64,000 nt of DNA from an uncultured archaeon (GTDB lineage Archaea; Asgardarchaeota; Hermodarchaeia; Hermodarchaeales; Hermodarchaeaceae), in assembly GCA_964347045.1 (NCBI GenBank), contig CAYFXC010000002.1:64001-128000 (forward strand), read 5' to 3'. The notes under the pieces were generated by a model. The model did not search any database, was not told the origin of the DNA, and worked only from the letters and a program-made list of their open reading frames with translations. Shown here one piece after another: positions 52,483-61,598 of the stretch. The translations under genes were made by a program, and so were the position numbers. Position 1 is the stretch's first letter. The number at the start of each line of letters is the position of its first letter.

Positions 52483-52626
52483 TTAGCGTCGTGAAGTGAC
52501 GATGGCGAAGTTGATTCGATCGCGGGGGGTGCCTTTGGGGTTCTTTGCACCTGTCACAGCGCGTTCTGTGACCGGCATTTTGGGAATGATATTTTTCTTG
52601 TGTCCGGTTTCTTTCTTATTGGTCAT
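52483..52626 (-). CDS. unannotated small basic peptide, paralog B1 (47 aa)
   Basis: MTNKKETGHKKNIIPKMPVTERAVTGAKNPKGTPRDRINFAIVTSRR; AGGTGAT SD. Confidence 0.8.
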   Translation of the reverse strand: MTNKKETGHKKNIIPKMPVTERAVTGAKNPKGTPRDRINFAIVTSRR

Positions 52627-52686
52627 TTTCTATCACCTTCCTGACGATGCAGGTCAAGTGTGTATAACCCTTAGATTGCCTATTAT

Positions 52687-52763
52687 TCGATGGGAGCTTG
52701 TCGGTGCAAAAATCCGACAAAATAATGAGAGTTGAACCATCTTTTGCACTAGTTAGTGCAAAA
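52687..52763 (-). promoter_or_regulatory. conserved motif GCTCCCATCGA plus palindrome TTTTGCACTA-N2-TAGTGCAAAA
   Basis: core at 52687-52697, 61 nt from ATG as in paralog A; perfect inverted repeat 52742-52763. Confidence 0.65.
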
Positions 52764-52802
52764 TTTAGATTGGTAACGGTTTTAGTTCGAGAAGGGGGTA
52801 AA

Positions 52803-52920
52803 CCGGGTCCGCAGAAGCTCCAGGCCAAAGGAGTCAGAAGGGTAGTAGGTCCGTTGCCGGATCGCTGCTACGCCGATCACCCGACAACGGATGGAGGCGA
52901 TTGGTGCTTGTGCAGACCCG
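52803..52920 (-). other. structured 3' RNA element of peptide gene B2
   Basis: CGGGTCTGCA/TGCGGACCCG closing helix and CCGTTGTCGG/CCGGCAACGG inner helix, G-U pairs on minus strand; shares CGGGTCTnCAC and ATCCGTTGTC with B1 element. Confidence 0.65.
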
Positions 52921-52981
52921 AGATATTAGGCTGAGAGGAGGACCGGATGGCTTTGTAGTCACCATGGGGATTCCTCACAGT

Positions 52982-53122
52982 CTAGCGTCGACTAAGGACC
53001 AGCATAACTGCGTACCGAGTGCGTGGTTTTGCAATCGGATGGGGGTTGCGGCAGCCAGCGATAGCTCGTTCAGAAGCCGACATTTCAGCGATTTTCTTGT
53101 GTTTATACTTGGATTTGGCCAT
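52982..53122 (-). CDS. unannotated small basic peptide, paralog B2 (46 aa)
   Basis: MAKSKYKHKKIAEMSASERAIAGCRNPHPIAKPRTRYAVMLVLSRR; GGAGG SD; C-terminal half of track ORF 52982..53284. Confidence 0.8.
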   Translation of the reverse strand: MAKSKYKHKKIAEMSASERAIAGCRNPHPIAKPRTRYAVMLVLSRR

Positions 53123-53200
53123 TCTCAAATCCCTCCAATTGTGTTGTCTCCGGGATTCCCGGGGAGAAACCCCGTTGCATGTGAAAGAAGGCGGCCGTTT

Positions 53201-53219
53201 GATAAGAATCGATGGGAGC
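53201..53219 (-). promoter_or_regulatory. conserved upstream motif GCTCCCATCGATTCTTATC
   Basis: 18/19 identical to 46321-46339. Confidence 0.7.
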
Positions 53220-53420
53220 CAAGAAGTGCAAATCTTCTCGAAAGAAACCTGTGAAAGATAGTTTTTTTGAACCACATTATGCAAAATTTAGCTTTAAATT
53301 AGGAAGTTTTCCGTTTGGGTTGATTTTCACTATCAGAGTTTGTGAATAAGTTTTCTTAAGATTTTTTTGGGGTGTTCTGCGAAGGCTTTTGTGAACTCGG
53401 TTATAGTGTAACCTGGTGAG

Positions 53421-53945
53421 TTGATGATCAAGCAAGAAATGGAGCCGATGGCGGGAATACAGGCGTTACCGGCATTTCCGGTGGTTCTCGTTACTGTGCA
53501 GGATAACGTGATGACAGCGGCAGCATTTCATTTCTTTTCTTTTAACCCGCCGAGTGTGATGGTGGGAATTCGTCCACAGGCGCATACATTTAAACTAATT
53601 TTAAAGAGTCGTGAATTTGGAATTAATTTACCTCAGAAGGAGCAAATTGATGTGGTTCGAGTTTGTGGTTCAGTGTCAGCGAGAGATGAAGATAAGTTCC
53701 AAAAAACAGGGTTGACACCAATGAAAGGAACAGTTATTAATAGCGTGTTGGTGGCAGACTGTCCGGTAAATTTGGAGTGTCGAGTGGTTCATGAGGTTCA
53801 GTTTGAGGGAAGCCATCGGTGGTTTGTGGGAGAAGTTGTTGCAGCCCATATTGCGGAGGATTATTCTAAAGATACAATGCTAATGTATTGGGCTCGTGAA
53901 TATCGTCGTGTTGGGGATGTGTTATTGAGTGTGAAACGCCGTTAA
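53421..53945 (+). CDS. flavin reductase-like (flavoredoxin) protein
   Basis: PVVLVT, NPPSVMVGI, EFGINLP, VCGSVS, NLECRV, GSH.FVGEV. Confidence 0.88.
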   Translation: MMIKQEMEPMAGIQALPAFPVVLVTVQDNVMTAAAFHFFSFNPPSVMVGIRPQAHTFKLILKSREFGINLPQKEQIDVVRVCGSVSARDEDKFQKTGLTPMKGTVINSVLVADCPVNLECRVVHEVQFEGSHRWFVGEVVAAHIAEDYSKDTMLMYWAREYRRVGDVLLSVKRR

Positions 53946-54020
53946 TGTGAATTAGTGAATGGAGAGAACTTTTCTTTGAAAGAAGTGTGGTGAAGGTGGA
54001 AATTAGGATTTGATTATACT

Positions 54021-54458
54021 ATGAATCCACTACAGGTGTTTCCTTTCAAGAACATGCCTAAAATGGTCGATTTAATCGCTGAAGGCGAAGTAGGTGTAGG
54101 CGCTGTTCGGTCTGCGACAGGTATGTGTGGGTTTGATTCCACTGAGGTTTCTGATATGTTAGCGTATTTGACTAGTTTTGGCCGAGTGGAAACGAAGGAA
54201 AATGGGTGGATAATCCTAAGGGCGGAAGAGGAAGCAGTATATGGGCGGTTTCGGAAGGCGTATCTGAAAGCGCCGATAGCTATTCTGTCTAATTTGTCTG
54301 AAGAAGTGAAATCGGTTGAACAGCTATCACAGGAAACGGGTCTATCAGTGGAGACTGTTGATCTGTATTTGCCGTTCTTAGTTGAGATTACGCGGCTAGG
54401 TGTAATTAGTCGATGTGCAACTGAGTATCCGGTGATTTGGTGCCAAAAATCAAAGTAA
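54021..54458 (+). CDS. tandem winged-helix-like protein
   Basis: two HTH-like units (SVEQLSQETGLSVETV..YL). Confidence 0.5.
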   Translation: MNPLQVFPFKNMPKMVDLIAEGEVGVGAVRSATGMCGFDSTEVSDMLAYLTSFGRVETKENGWIILRAEEEAVYGRFRKAYLKAPIAILSNLSEEVKSVEQLSQETGLSVETVDLYLPFLVEITRLGVISRCATEYPVIWCQKSK

Positions 54459-54753
54459 CTGATCGAGTTGTGATAGGATTTCTCTCGCTTTACCAGAAAG
54501 GTGAATATCTGTCCCGATTGTGAGCAGTGTTGTTTCGACGTTTACTTCGAGGATTTGCTCCTCGTGTTGCCTGATAATAAGAGGAAATATGACGACAGGT
54601 TTGACAGTTGCAGAGGATTACACAGGGAGAGTATCTGCTGGTTGGAGTTTAGCAAACACTTGATCCATGATTTCAAAAGGAAGGCTTTAACCGAACCTGA
54701 AAACTTTGAAAAAATGAATGTTTTTTATCTTTTAAAGCACCTAAGATTTTGCC

Positions 54754-55122
54754 ATGACGCGCGTAGTTCATTTTGAAATCGCTGTCGATAGCCCGGATCG
54801 AGCAATCAAATTCTATCAGTCAGTTTTTGGTTGGAAAATTGAGAAATGGGAAGGTCCAGTGGATTACTGGATGGCCGTCACTGGTGAAGAAGGTGTACCT
54901 GGAATTGATGGTGCCTTTCAACTTCGATCGGATGCTCCACAACCCATTATCAACATTATTAGTACTTCCAATGTCGATCAAACGGTTAATCAAATCGTGA
55001 AAGCAAATGGTTCAATTCTTCGCCCAAAAATGGCTGTCCCTGGAGTTGGCTGGGCGGCATATGCCAAGGATACAGAAGGGAACGTTTTCGGGTTGATGCA
55101 AAGCGATCCAGAAGCAAAATAG
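54754..55122 (+). CDS. VOC/glyoxalase family protein
   Basis: VVHFEI, FYQSVFGW, VPGVGW, DTEGNVFGL. Confidence 0.92.
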   Translation: MTRVVHFEIAVDSPDRAIKFYQSVFGWKIEKWEGPVDYWMAVTGEEGVPGIDGAFQLRSDAPQPIINIISTSNVDQTVNQIVKANGSILRPKMAVPGVGWAAYAKDTEGNVFGLMQSDPEAK

Positions 55123-55193
55123 AATAGTTTAGGAATTCCAAGAGAAAGCGTTAAAGCTCCTGACTAGTTGCTCAACCTTCCAATAATTGGAAT

Positions 55194-56798
55194 TCATTGC
55201 ACCCGCCATCGTCGAATGAATATCCAGAGTATTAAAGCCATTATTATTAGAATACCAAGAGTTAGGATGAGTGGAGCTAGCCAGGGGTTGAATAGAGTTG
55301 GTGGCACTAATGTTATTGTGACAGTGATTATGTTGCTCCAAGGGCTAAAGAGATTGTTATTGTCTCGTGCTCGGACTCGAAAATTGTAAGTTCCAGGGGG
55401 ATGATTAGAAAGAAGTAAGCTTGTGGTGTTGACGTTCCATGTTCTATCGGGAATGTGGAAAAATGGAGTGGTATCCATTTGTATTTCATAGATATCGATT
55501 GTACCGTCAGCATCTAATGCATTCGTCCATGATAGGATGAGAGACCCATAAGGATTGAGGATAGTTGGTTCTAGTAATTCCACGGGTCCGGGACTCGTTT
55601 CGCCATTGTTGCCAATTTTCACAAGAAAGCCATTTGTTGATTCGGTAAGCCAACCAGAGGTAATTCCTGAAAAATAGTGACCATTATTTCCGCTGGCGAA
55701 TCCGAAAGGTTGGCAACTTCCTGTTCCCCCCCAAGATCTTTCCCAGTTGAGTGCCCCTGTGACATTATAGTTGAGAAGATTTACTCGGTATCCAGCGTCA
55801 GGATCCTCATATTCACTTCCCACATAGATGTTATCTTCAGTGGCGAAAAGGTCGATTCCTTCATGATTTAATCCGGTGTTTTTGATTTCTTCCCAAAGCA
55901 AGATGCTGGTGCTATTGTATTTCCGCAAGAAGAGCTCACCGGTACTGCTGGAACTGAAAGATTGAGTGGAGCCGGTAACATACACACTATCATTGTAGAC
56001 ATTTACAGCACGGGCAAGATCTTTCAGAGCTCCACCCCATGTTACATTCCAAATTAGGATACCAGTTGGGGAGAATTTGGCAAGAAATGCATTGTTGTCT
56101 GAACCGTCCCATAAATTTCCATAATCACCAACTAGATATACACCATCCGAACCAACAGCAATACCATACCCGCGGTCAACAGGGGCCAAGTCCCAGAGTT
56201 CAGACCAAACTTCATTTCCATCAAAATCAAATTTCGCGATCAGTGCATCAGCATCATCGAGTTGAGATCTCTGTATAATTCCACCAACATAAACACCATC
56301 GATTCCTATCCCAATGCTTGTAAACCATTCACTCGGAGAATTCCCGAATGAGACATTCCAGAGTTGATTACCATTGAAGTCTAATTTTACGAGCAAGCCA
56401 TTTGTTCCAAAAAGACCACTAGTGGTCTTCCCAGCAAGATAGACCGCATCCATGGAGGTTGTTAAAGCAGAGGCAGCTTCATCATATGGAGCTTTCCAAG
56501 TCTGATTCCACAGGAGTTCCCCTTCGACAGAATATTTAAGCAAGAGTATGTTTTGCTTCATATCTTCTAGGTCCTGTGTGGTCCCCGCTACATAGATGCC
56601 ACCAGTGCCAGAAGCGACAGAAGAGAAGTTATCGTTTTGTGTTCGCATCCAAAGTAGGCTCCATGGGTCGTTTGGGTCTAAAGGTGATGCGAGAATGCTA
56701 ATCGGTGGTTGTTCGGCAAAATATGATGAAGTCGTTAACACTAGCACTAGGAGGAAAATGATTAGAAAGGCTACACCCCGTGGTTTCAAGGATACCAA
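55194..56798 (-). CDS. cell-surface beta-propeller + FN3 protein with C-terminal anchor
   Basis: signal peptide, ~7 repeats LxKxxxxGxxxWxxxW, YNFRVRARD..SPWSN, C-term TM + RR. Confidence 0.82.
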   Translation of the reverse strand: MVSLKPRGVAFLIIFLLVLVLTTSSYFAEQPPISILASPLDPNDPWSLLWMRTQNDNFSSVASGTGGIYVAGTTQDLEDMKQNILLLKYSVEGELLWNQTWKAPYDEAASALTTSMDAVYLAGKTTSGLFGTNGLLVKLDFNGNQLWNVSFGNSPSEWFTSIGIGIDGVYVGGIIQRSQLDDADALIAKFDFDGNEVWSELWDLAPVDRGYGIAVGSDGVYLVGDYGNLWDGSDNNAFLAKFSPTGILIWNVTWGGALKDLARAVNVYNDSVYVTGSTQSFSSSSTGELFLRKYNSTSILLWEEIKNTGLNHEGIDLFATEDNIYVGSEYEDPDAGYRVNLLNYNVTGALNWERSWGGTGSCQPFGFASGNNGHYFSGITSGWLTESTNGFLVKIGNNGETSPGPVELLEPTILNPYGSLILSWTNALDADGTIDIYEIQMDTTPFFHIPDRTWNVNTTSLLLSNHPPGTYNFRVRARDNNNLFSPWSNIITVTITLVPPTLFNPWLAPLILTLGILIIMALILWIFIRRWRVQ

Positions 56799-56870
56799 GA
56801 CCTTTTTCGAATAGTCGATAATCCAGTGATTCGTGTATATGAGGCTTCGTTTCAGGGCAGAATTTATGGT

Positions 56871-57314
56871 TTAGAGATTTTTGAGGGCATTATGTATTTT
56901 TTTGGCCTGGGCTTGCATTTCTTCGGTTGGTGGTGTTGTTCCATAATCAGGCCCTGCTTGGATACGCAATCCGTCACCTTCGAATCGTGGAATAACATGG
57001 ATGTGTATATGGGGGATTTCTTGAAATGCCGCCTTCCCATCAGCAAGCCAGACGTTAATCCCTTCACAGCGTATTCCGGATTTGCGGAGTGCCGCAGCGA
57101 TGCGTCCTGCTATTTGGAAAAGGCGGCCACTCAGCTTTGGATCCAGCGCCCCTAAGCTAGCGACGTGGCCCTTAGGAATAACGAGAGTATGACCAGGATT
57201 AATTGGTCGAATGTCAAGAAATGCAATGATTTCGTCGTTTTCATAGACTATGCTAGCAGGCAATTTTTTTGCAATGATGTTACAGAAGATACAATCAGTT
57301 GAGGATTTACTCAT
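56871..57314 (-). CDS. HIT family protein (Hint-like)
   Basis: DCIFC, FLDIRP.NPGH, HIHIHVIPR. Confidence 0.93.
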   Translation of the reverse strand: MSKSSTDCIFCNIIAKKLPASIVYENDEIIAFLDIRPINPGHTLVIPKGHVASLGALDPKLSGRLFQIAGRIAAALRKSGIRCEGINVWLADGKAAFQEIPHIHIHVIPRFEGDGLRIQAGPDYGTTPPTEEMQAQAKKIHNALKNL

Positions 57315-57833
57315 AACTGTGTCTTGGTGCTAACCTTTGATAAATGCCTTTGTGCCAGACGTGTTGGTTAAACTATTTATTATCTCTGGCTTGGTTCAAG
57401 AGAGAGTAGATTTGTTCATCGTTGAAAATTATCTCGTCTTTAACTTTGCATTCCTTGATACAAAGGAGAATTACTTGAGTGTGATCTCTCCTACGCTGCC
57501 TTGGTTTTCGATTAATTCTTCATATGTAGCCACTGAACTATCAGGAAAAACGAAGCTTATAAGAGTGATTTCATCTGTCCTCGGAAATTCGGCAAGTCGA
57601 AGCAATTAATTTACCCATCTCTCTCGGACATCGCTGGGAGTAACAACGGCGTCTGGAGCCCCAGTTTCGCCCATAATAATTTTGCCTTATTCAGAAAGTC
57701 GCTGATTTCAATATGATTGAATGCTATTATCTTATTGTTTTTCTGATGATTTCTTAGTTGCGTGTGAATCTGCGAAAACTATTTGTGGAATCTGCTCTGA
57801 CAGGGTGTCAGATTTGTGTTTGGTGTATTATCG

Positions 57834-59666
57834 ATGAAAGGCTGGACTGGAAAGCTATTACGTGTCAACCTAGCGACTAAGGAAGTAACCCCGGAAGTGT
57901 ACTCCAAGGATTTTGCCTGGCAATTTGTGGGTGGTCGAGGATTTGCTGTGAAAATCCTATGGGATGAGGTACCTCGGGGGACCGACCCGTTATCACCAGG
58001 GAACAAATTCATTGCAGCCGTTGGCCCACTTTCGGGACTCTCAATGCCCAATGTTGGAAAAACGGTTGTGGCATCAAAAAGCCCACTGACAGGCATCTAT
58101 GGTGACGGAAATATCGGTTCACACTTTGGTTCACAACTCCGTCGATCTGGTTATGATCTTGTTGTAGTTGAAGGAAAAGCAGAGAACCCTGTTTATGTTT
58201 TAATTGAAGATTCCGATGTTAATATTCTCGATGCAGGTCAATTATGGGGTAAAGGAGCATTCGAAGCGGAACAGAAACTAGAAGATATCCATGGTAAGAA
58301 CATCGGCACTCTCATAATTGGTCAGGGTGGCGAAAATCTTGTTAAGTATGCCATTGTCCGCTCCATGATGGGACGTGCAGGTGGTCGCCCAGGAATAGGA
58401 GCAGTGATGGGTTCAAAGAAGCTGAAAGCTTTGGTAGCAAGGGGAAGTACCAGCCCTAAGATTGAAGACATTCAAACGTTTCGTCAACTTGGTCGAGATG
58501 GTTTCAAAGATATTCGTGAAAAACCAAGTTACGACGAATGGATGACCCAAGGTACCATGTTAATTCATGCGTGGTGTCAGGAGTTTAGTATTCTCCCCAG
58601 CTATAATTTCAAGGAAGGGCAATTTGAGCATGCTGAAGCCCTGAGCGGAGACACGATGGAAACCATGAAAGAAAAAACTCGAGGATGCCCTCATTGCACG
58701 ATGCAGTGTGGTCATTCTATCAAAGATTCAGAAGGCAAACCTGCGGAGCTGGATTATGAGAATGTAGCATTGCTTGGCTCTAATATTGGATTGCGAGACC
58801 TACGTGAAGTGGCTACACTGAATCGGTTAGCAGACGAATTTGGGCTTGACACTATTTCACTTGGAAATACCATTGGTTTTGCAATGGAAGCATCAGAAAA
58901 GGGGATAATTGATGAAAAGTTAGATTGGGGAGACTTTCAAGCCACAAAGCAGTTGATTTCAGATATCGCTTTTCGTAGAGGTTCCCTCGGACCCTTGCTT
59001 GCTGAGGGAACTCGGAATTACGCTTCGAAACTAGGCAAAGAAGCAATGGACTTTGCAATGCAAATTAAAGGATTAGAAATTTCAGGATACGACTGTCACG
59101 CAGCCCCAGGTATGGCTCTGTCATTCGGTGTCAGTTCTATTGGAGCACATCACAAGGAAAGTTGGATTATCACCTATGAAGTTGATGTAGGTCGTGAATC
59201 CTACGATGAAAGTAAAGTAGACAAAATCATTGAATTACAACGGATTCGTGGCGGAATGTTTGAACAACTTGTTGGTTGTCGATTTCCCTGGATAGAATTG
59301 GGATTTAATCTTGAATGGTATCCAAAATATTTTGCAGCTGCCACTGGATTAAAATGGACCCTCGATGATTTTTGGGTTGTTGCAGATCGTATCTATTCTC
59401 TAGTTCGAGCATATGGAGTACGTGAATTTAATGGTGAGTGGGATCGCTCAATGGATTATCCACCTACTCGTTGGTTTAAGGAGCCCTTATCGTGTGGCCC
59501 GCTAGCCGGAATGAAACTTGACAAAGACGGTTATGAGAAAATGCTTTCTTGGTATTATCAAAAGCGAGGTTGGGATGAACGAGGAATCCCCACGAAGAAA
59601 CGACTATCTGACCAAGGATTAGCTTGGATTATCCCTGAGCTTGAAGAAGTCACTACACTATCGTGA
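57834..59666 (+). CDS. for: tungsten aldehyde:ferredoxin oxidoreductase, FOR subfamily
   Basis: GGRG, KSPLTG.YGDGN, GRAGGRPG.GAVMGSK, CPHCTMQC, LDYEN, GCRFPWIE. Confidence 0.9.
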   Translation: MKGWTGKLLRVNLATKEVTPEVYSKDFAWQFVGGRGFAVKILWDEVPRGTDPLSPGNKFIAAVGPLSGLSMPNVGKTVVASKSPLTGIYGDGNIGSHFGSQLRRSGYDLVVVEGKAENPVYVLIEDSDVNILDAGQLWGKGAFEAEQKLEDIHGKNIGTLIIGQGGENLVKYAIVRSMMGRAGGRPGIGAVMGSKKLKALVARGSTSPKIEDIQTFRQLGRDGFKDIREKPSYDEWMTQGTMLIHAWCQEFSILPSYNFKEGQFEHAEALSGDTMETMKEKTRGCPHCTMQCGHSIKDSEGKPAELDYENVALLGSNIGLRDLREVATLNRLADEFGLDTISLGNTIGFAMEASEKGIIDEKLDWGDFQATKQLISDIAFRRGSLGPLLAEGTRNYASKLGKEAMDFAMQIKGLEISGYDCHAAPGMALSFGVSSIGAHHKESWIITYEVDVGRESYDESKVDKIIELQRIRGGMFEQLVGCRFPWIELGFNLEWYPKYFAAATGLKWTLDDFWVVADRIYSLVRAYGVREFNGEWDRSMDYPPTRWFKEPLSCGPLAGMKLDKDGYEKMLSWYYQKRGWDERGIPTKKRLSDQGLAWIIPELEEVTTLS

Positions 59667-59690
59667 TTTCATAATAATTGAAACCAAATG

Positions 59691-60248
59691 CTAGTCGGTT
59701 TTGTCAGTAAAACTGATGCGAAAAACACAGTTTGCATTCCCTTGCAATCTCCCTTCGGTTTGAGTGACTCGAGCAATATATGGAACCTTCAGATACTCAA
59801 TCCAATGTTGAAGTAGTCCTTCAAGCATTCCAGAAACCAATTCACAATAGCGTAAATCCAATTCGGCTTCGAAGGTATCCTGCGAGCAGATGGGACAAGA
59901 ATTTGTTCGAATAAATAGCGTGCGATCGTCGGTGAATTCCATAGAATCAGGCGGATTTCCTGTGGCTAGTTCCCAATTACGTGCGAGATATTCGTCAACC
60001 CGATTTAGGAAAAGATCTGGAGAATTAGGAAAGAAATCTTTTTTTGGTTCTCCATAGCGACTTACAAGCCCTAATAACAAAGGGGTAGTCATGGTTTTTC
60101 CGAGTGCGTGAAGCGCGCGTTCAATAGCTGTAGGATTACCAGCATGTTCGACGGATAGCACTTCCACTAATCGGAGATAGAAAATCGATAATAGTGGTCC
60201 TGAGAAGAGAGGCGGTTTGTCTGGCGGCTCGGCTTCGTCGGAGGTCAT
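59691..60248 (-). CDS. V4R-domain protein
   Basis: CPIC...YCELVSGMLEG...VTQTEGRLQG...CVFRI. Confidence 0.7.
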   Translation of the reverse strand: MTSDEAEPPDKPPLFSGPLLSIFYLRLVEVLSVEHAGNPTAIERALHALGKTMTTPLLLGLVSRYGEPKKDFFPNSPDLFLNRVDEYLARNWELATGNPPDSMEFTDDRTLFIRTNSCPICSQDTFEAELDLRYCELVSGMLEGLLQHWIEYLKVPYIARVTQTEGRLQGNANCVFRISFTDKTD

Positions 60249-60291
60249 ATCAATTTCATCCTATTATTTTCTTGACCTAGATTTTTAGAAT

Positions 60292-61536
60292 TTAATTGTC
60301 TTCTTCTGATTGCTTTTCTTCTGAAGCAGATTTAGTTGGTTTTCCTTTACCGGCTGCTTTCACACGTTCTCGCCGAGATTCCTTTGCAGGAGCACGTTCA
60401 CGTAGTTGGCGTTCTGCTTCCGCTAAAGGACCTGGGGGAATTGTTGCAGGCAATGTCGGTGCTTGCCCAGTCAATTCAGCAATTTCAACTGATTTTTCAG
60501 CCCAGAGAACTTGTGCAGGATGTACGCCTGCGACTCGCCAGTAGAAGAAGCGGTCCCAGAGCTTTTCCTCAATTGAAAGGACTCCAGCTGATAGAGAGAC
60601 GAGGTTCAGTCCAAGTCGATTAAATGCTTTTGCAACAACTTTGCGGACCTGATCACGGATTTCGGCTTCATCTCGTAATGCGCTCATAAATTCGTGTTCG
60701 GAGAACTGATCTCGCATCACGTTATCGATTAGGGTTTTTAAATATTCAACGAGTTCCTGTGAGTTCATTGGGATGCGTTGCTCATGGAGTGTTGTGATAA
60801 GTTCACGGGGATCATCTACAACAAAGGCGAAGAGAAGCCCATAGGGCTCTTGGAGTCGGATTGACCGTTGATAGATGGTTTTCTCCTCTTTACCCAATCC
60901 AGTTTTAACTGGAATATCAAATTCTTCTCGACGCCAAGATTTTCCTGTCCATGTAAGTCGAGCAAGATCCGATGTTTGAGTAACACCCGTATTAGCGTAA
61001 ACGTGAACTCGACCGGTGTAAATATAGACGATATTGGCTTTGAAACCTTGACCACGCCATCCCGTTTTAATCAACGGAGAAGGAAAGGTTTCAATTGAAT
61101 ATGGGGTTTCGCTAGGCTCCCAGACTTCATACACTTTGAATTCCCGATTGCCATTGTTAAATTCTTCACCATATGCACAACAGATCCAATCGGGAGGCAC
61201 GTATATCTTCGCGTCTTTTTCTAAAATTTCGATTTGTTCCATATCCCGCTCAAGGTCAGGAGGATGATAGATAAATTGAGGTAGTCTAGCATCAGATTCC
61301 TGTATTTCAATCCCAGTGGGGAGTGTTCGTGTCATGGTTTTCCCGGTGGAAAACCCACCGAAAGCCGCAATCCGTGTTAGCCGACGAAATGCGCGGATTG
61401 CTTGGGCACCCCGATCCTTGTGGGGGGCTTGTATCATTTGAGTCCAATAGGTTTGTCCGCCGACATCACCAATAGGTATGCTAAATTGAGGTCCAATTTG
61501 TGGATCTGGTGCCATTAAACAAATTGCTTTTGCCAC
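60292..61536 (-). CDS. divergent SPFH/band-7 domain protein
   Basis: YGLLFAFVVDDPRELI...LKTLIDNVMRDQF...EIRDQVRKVVAKAFNRLGLNLVSL; no clear TM. Confidence 0.6.
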   Translation of the reverse strand: MAKAICLMAPDPQIGPQFSIPIGDVGGQTYWTQMIQAPHKDRGAQAIRAFRRLTRIAAFGGFSTGKTMTRTLPTGIEIQESDARLPQFIYHPPDLERDMEQIEILEKDAKIYVPPDWICCAYGEEFNNGNREFKVYEVWEPSETPYSIETFPSPLIKTGWRGQGFKANIVYIYTGRVHVYANTGVTQTSDLARLTWTGKSWRREEFDIPVKTGLGKEEKTIYQRSIRLQEPYGLLFAFVVDDPRELITTLHEQRIPMNSQELVEYLKTLIDNVMRDQFSEHEFMSALRDEAEIRDQVRKVVAKAFNRLGLNLVSLSAGVLSIEEKLWDRFFYWRVAGVHPAQVLWAEKSVEIAELTGQAPTLPATIPPGPLAEAERQLRERAPAKESRRERVKAAGKGKPTKSASEEKQSEEDN

Positions 61537-61598
61537 GATGAAAGCCTCCTTCTCATATTTGCGAATACTTCTAACTTCAAATAACTATTGGTGAGTGG

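Noticed and set aside
52300-53270. RNase P, SRP or large + strand ncRNA (CCAGGCCAAAGGAG, AGAAGGCGGC look-alikes)
   Set aside because: Consensus cores incomplete and unpaired; the shared blocks are better explained by minus-strand peptide genes, their promoters and 3' elements
46000-53400. Mobile element or prophage
   Set aside because: No integrase, transposase, terminal repeats or target duplication seen
54501-54776. 91-aa Cys-containing ORF
   Set aside because: No SD or recognisable motif; overlaps the probable promoter and start of the VOC gene
57337-57700. Track ORF 57337..57609 and an interrupted minus-strand frame
   Set aside because: No recognisable family; minus frame has multiple stops
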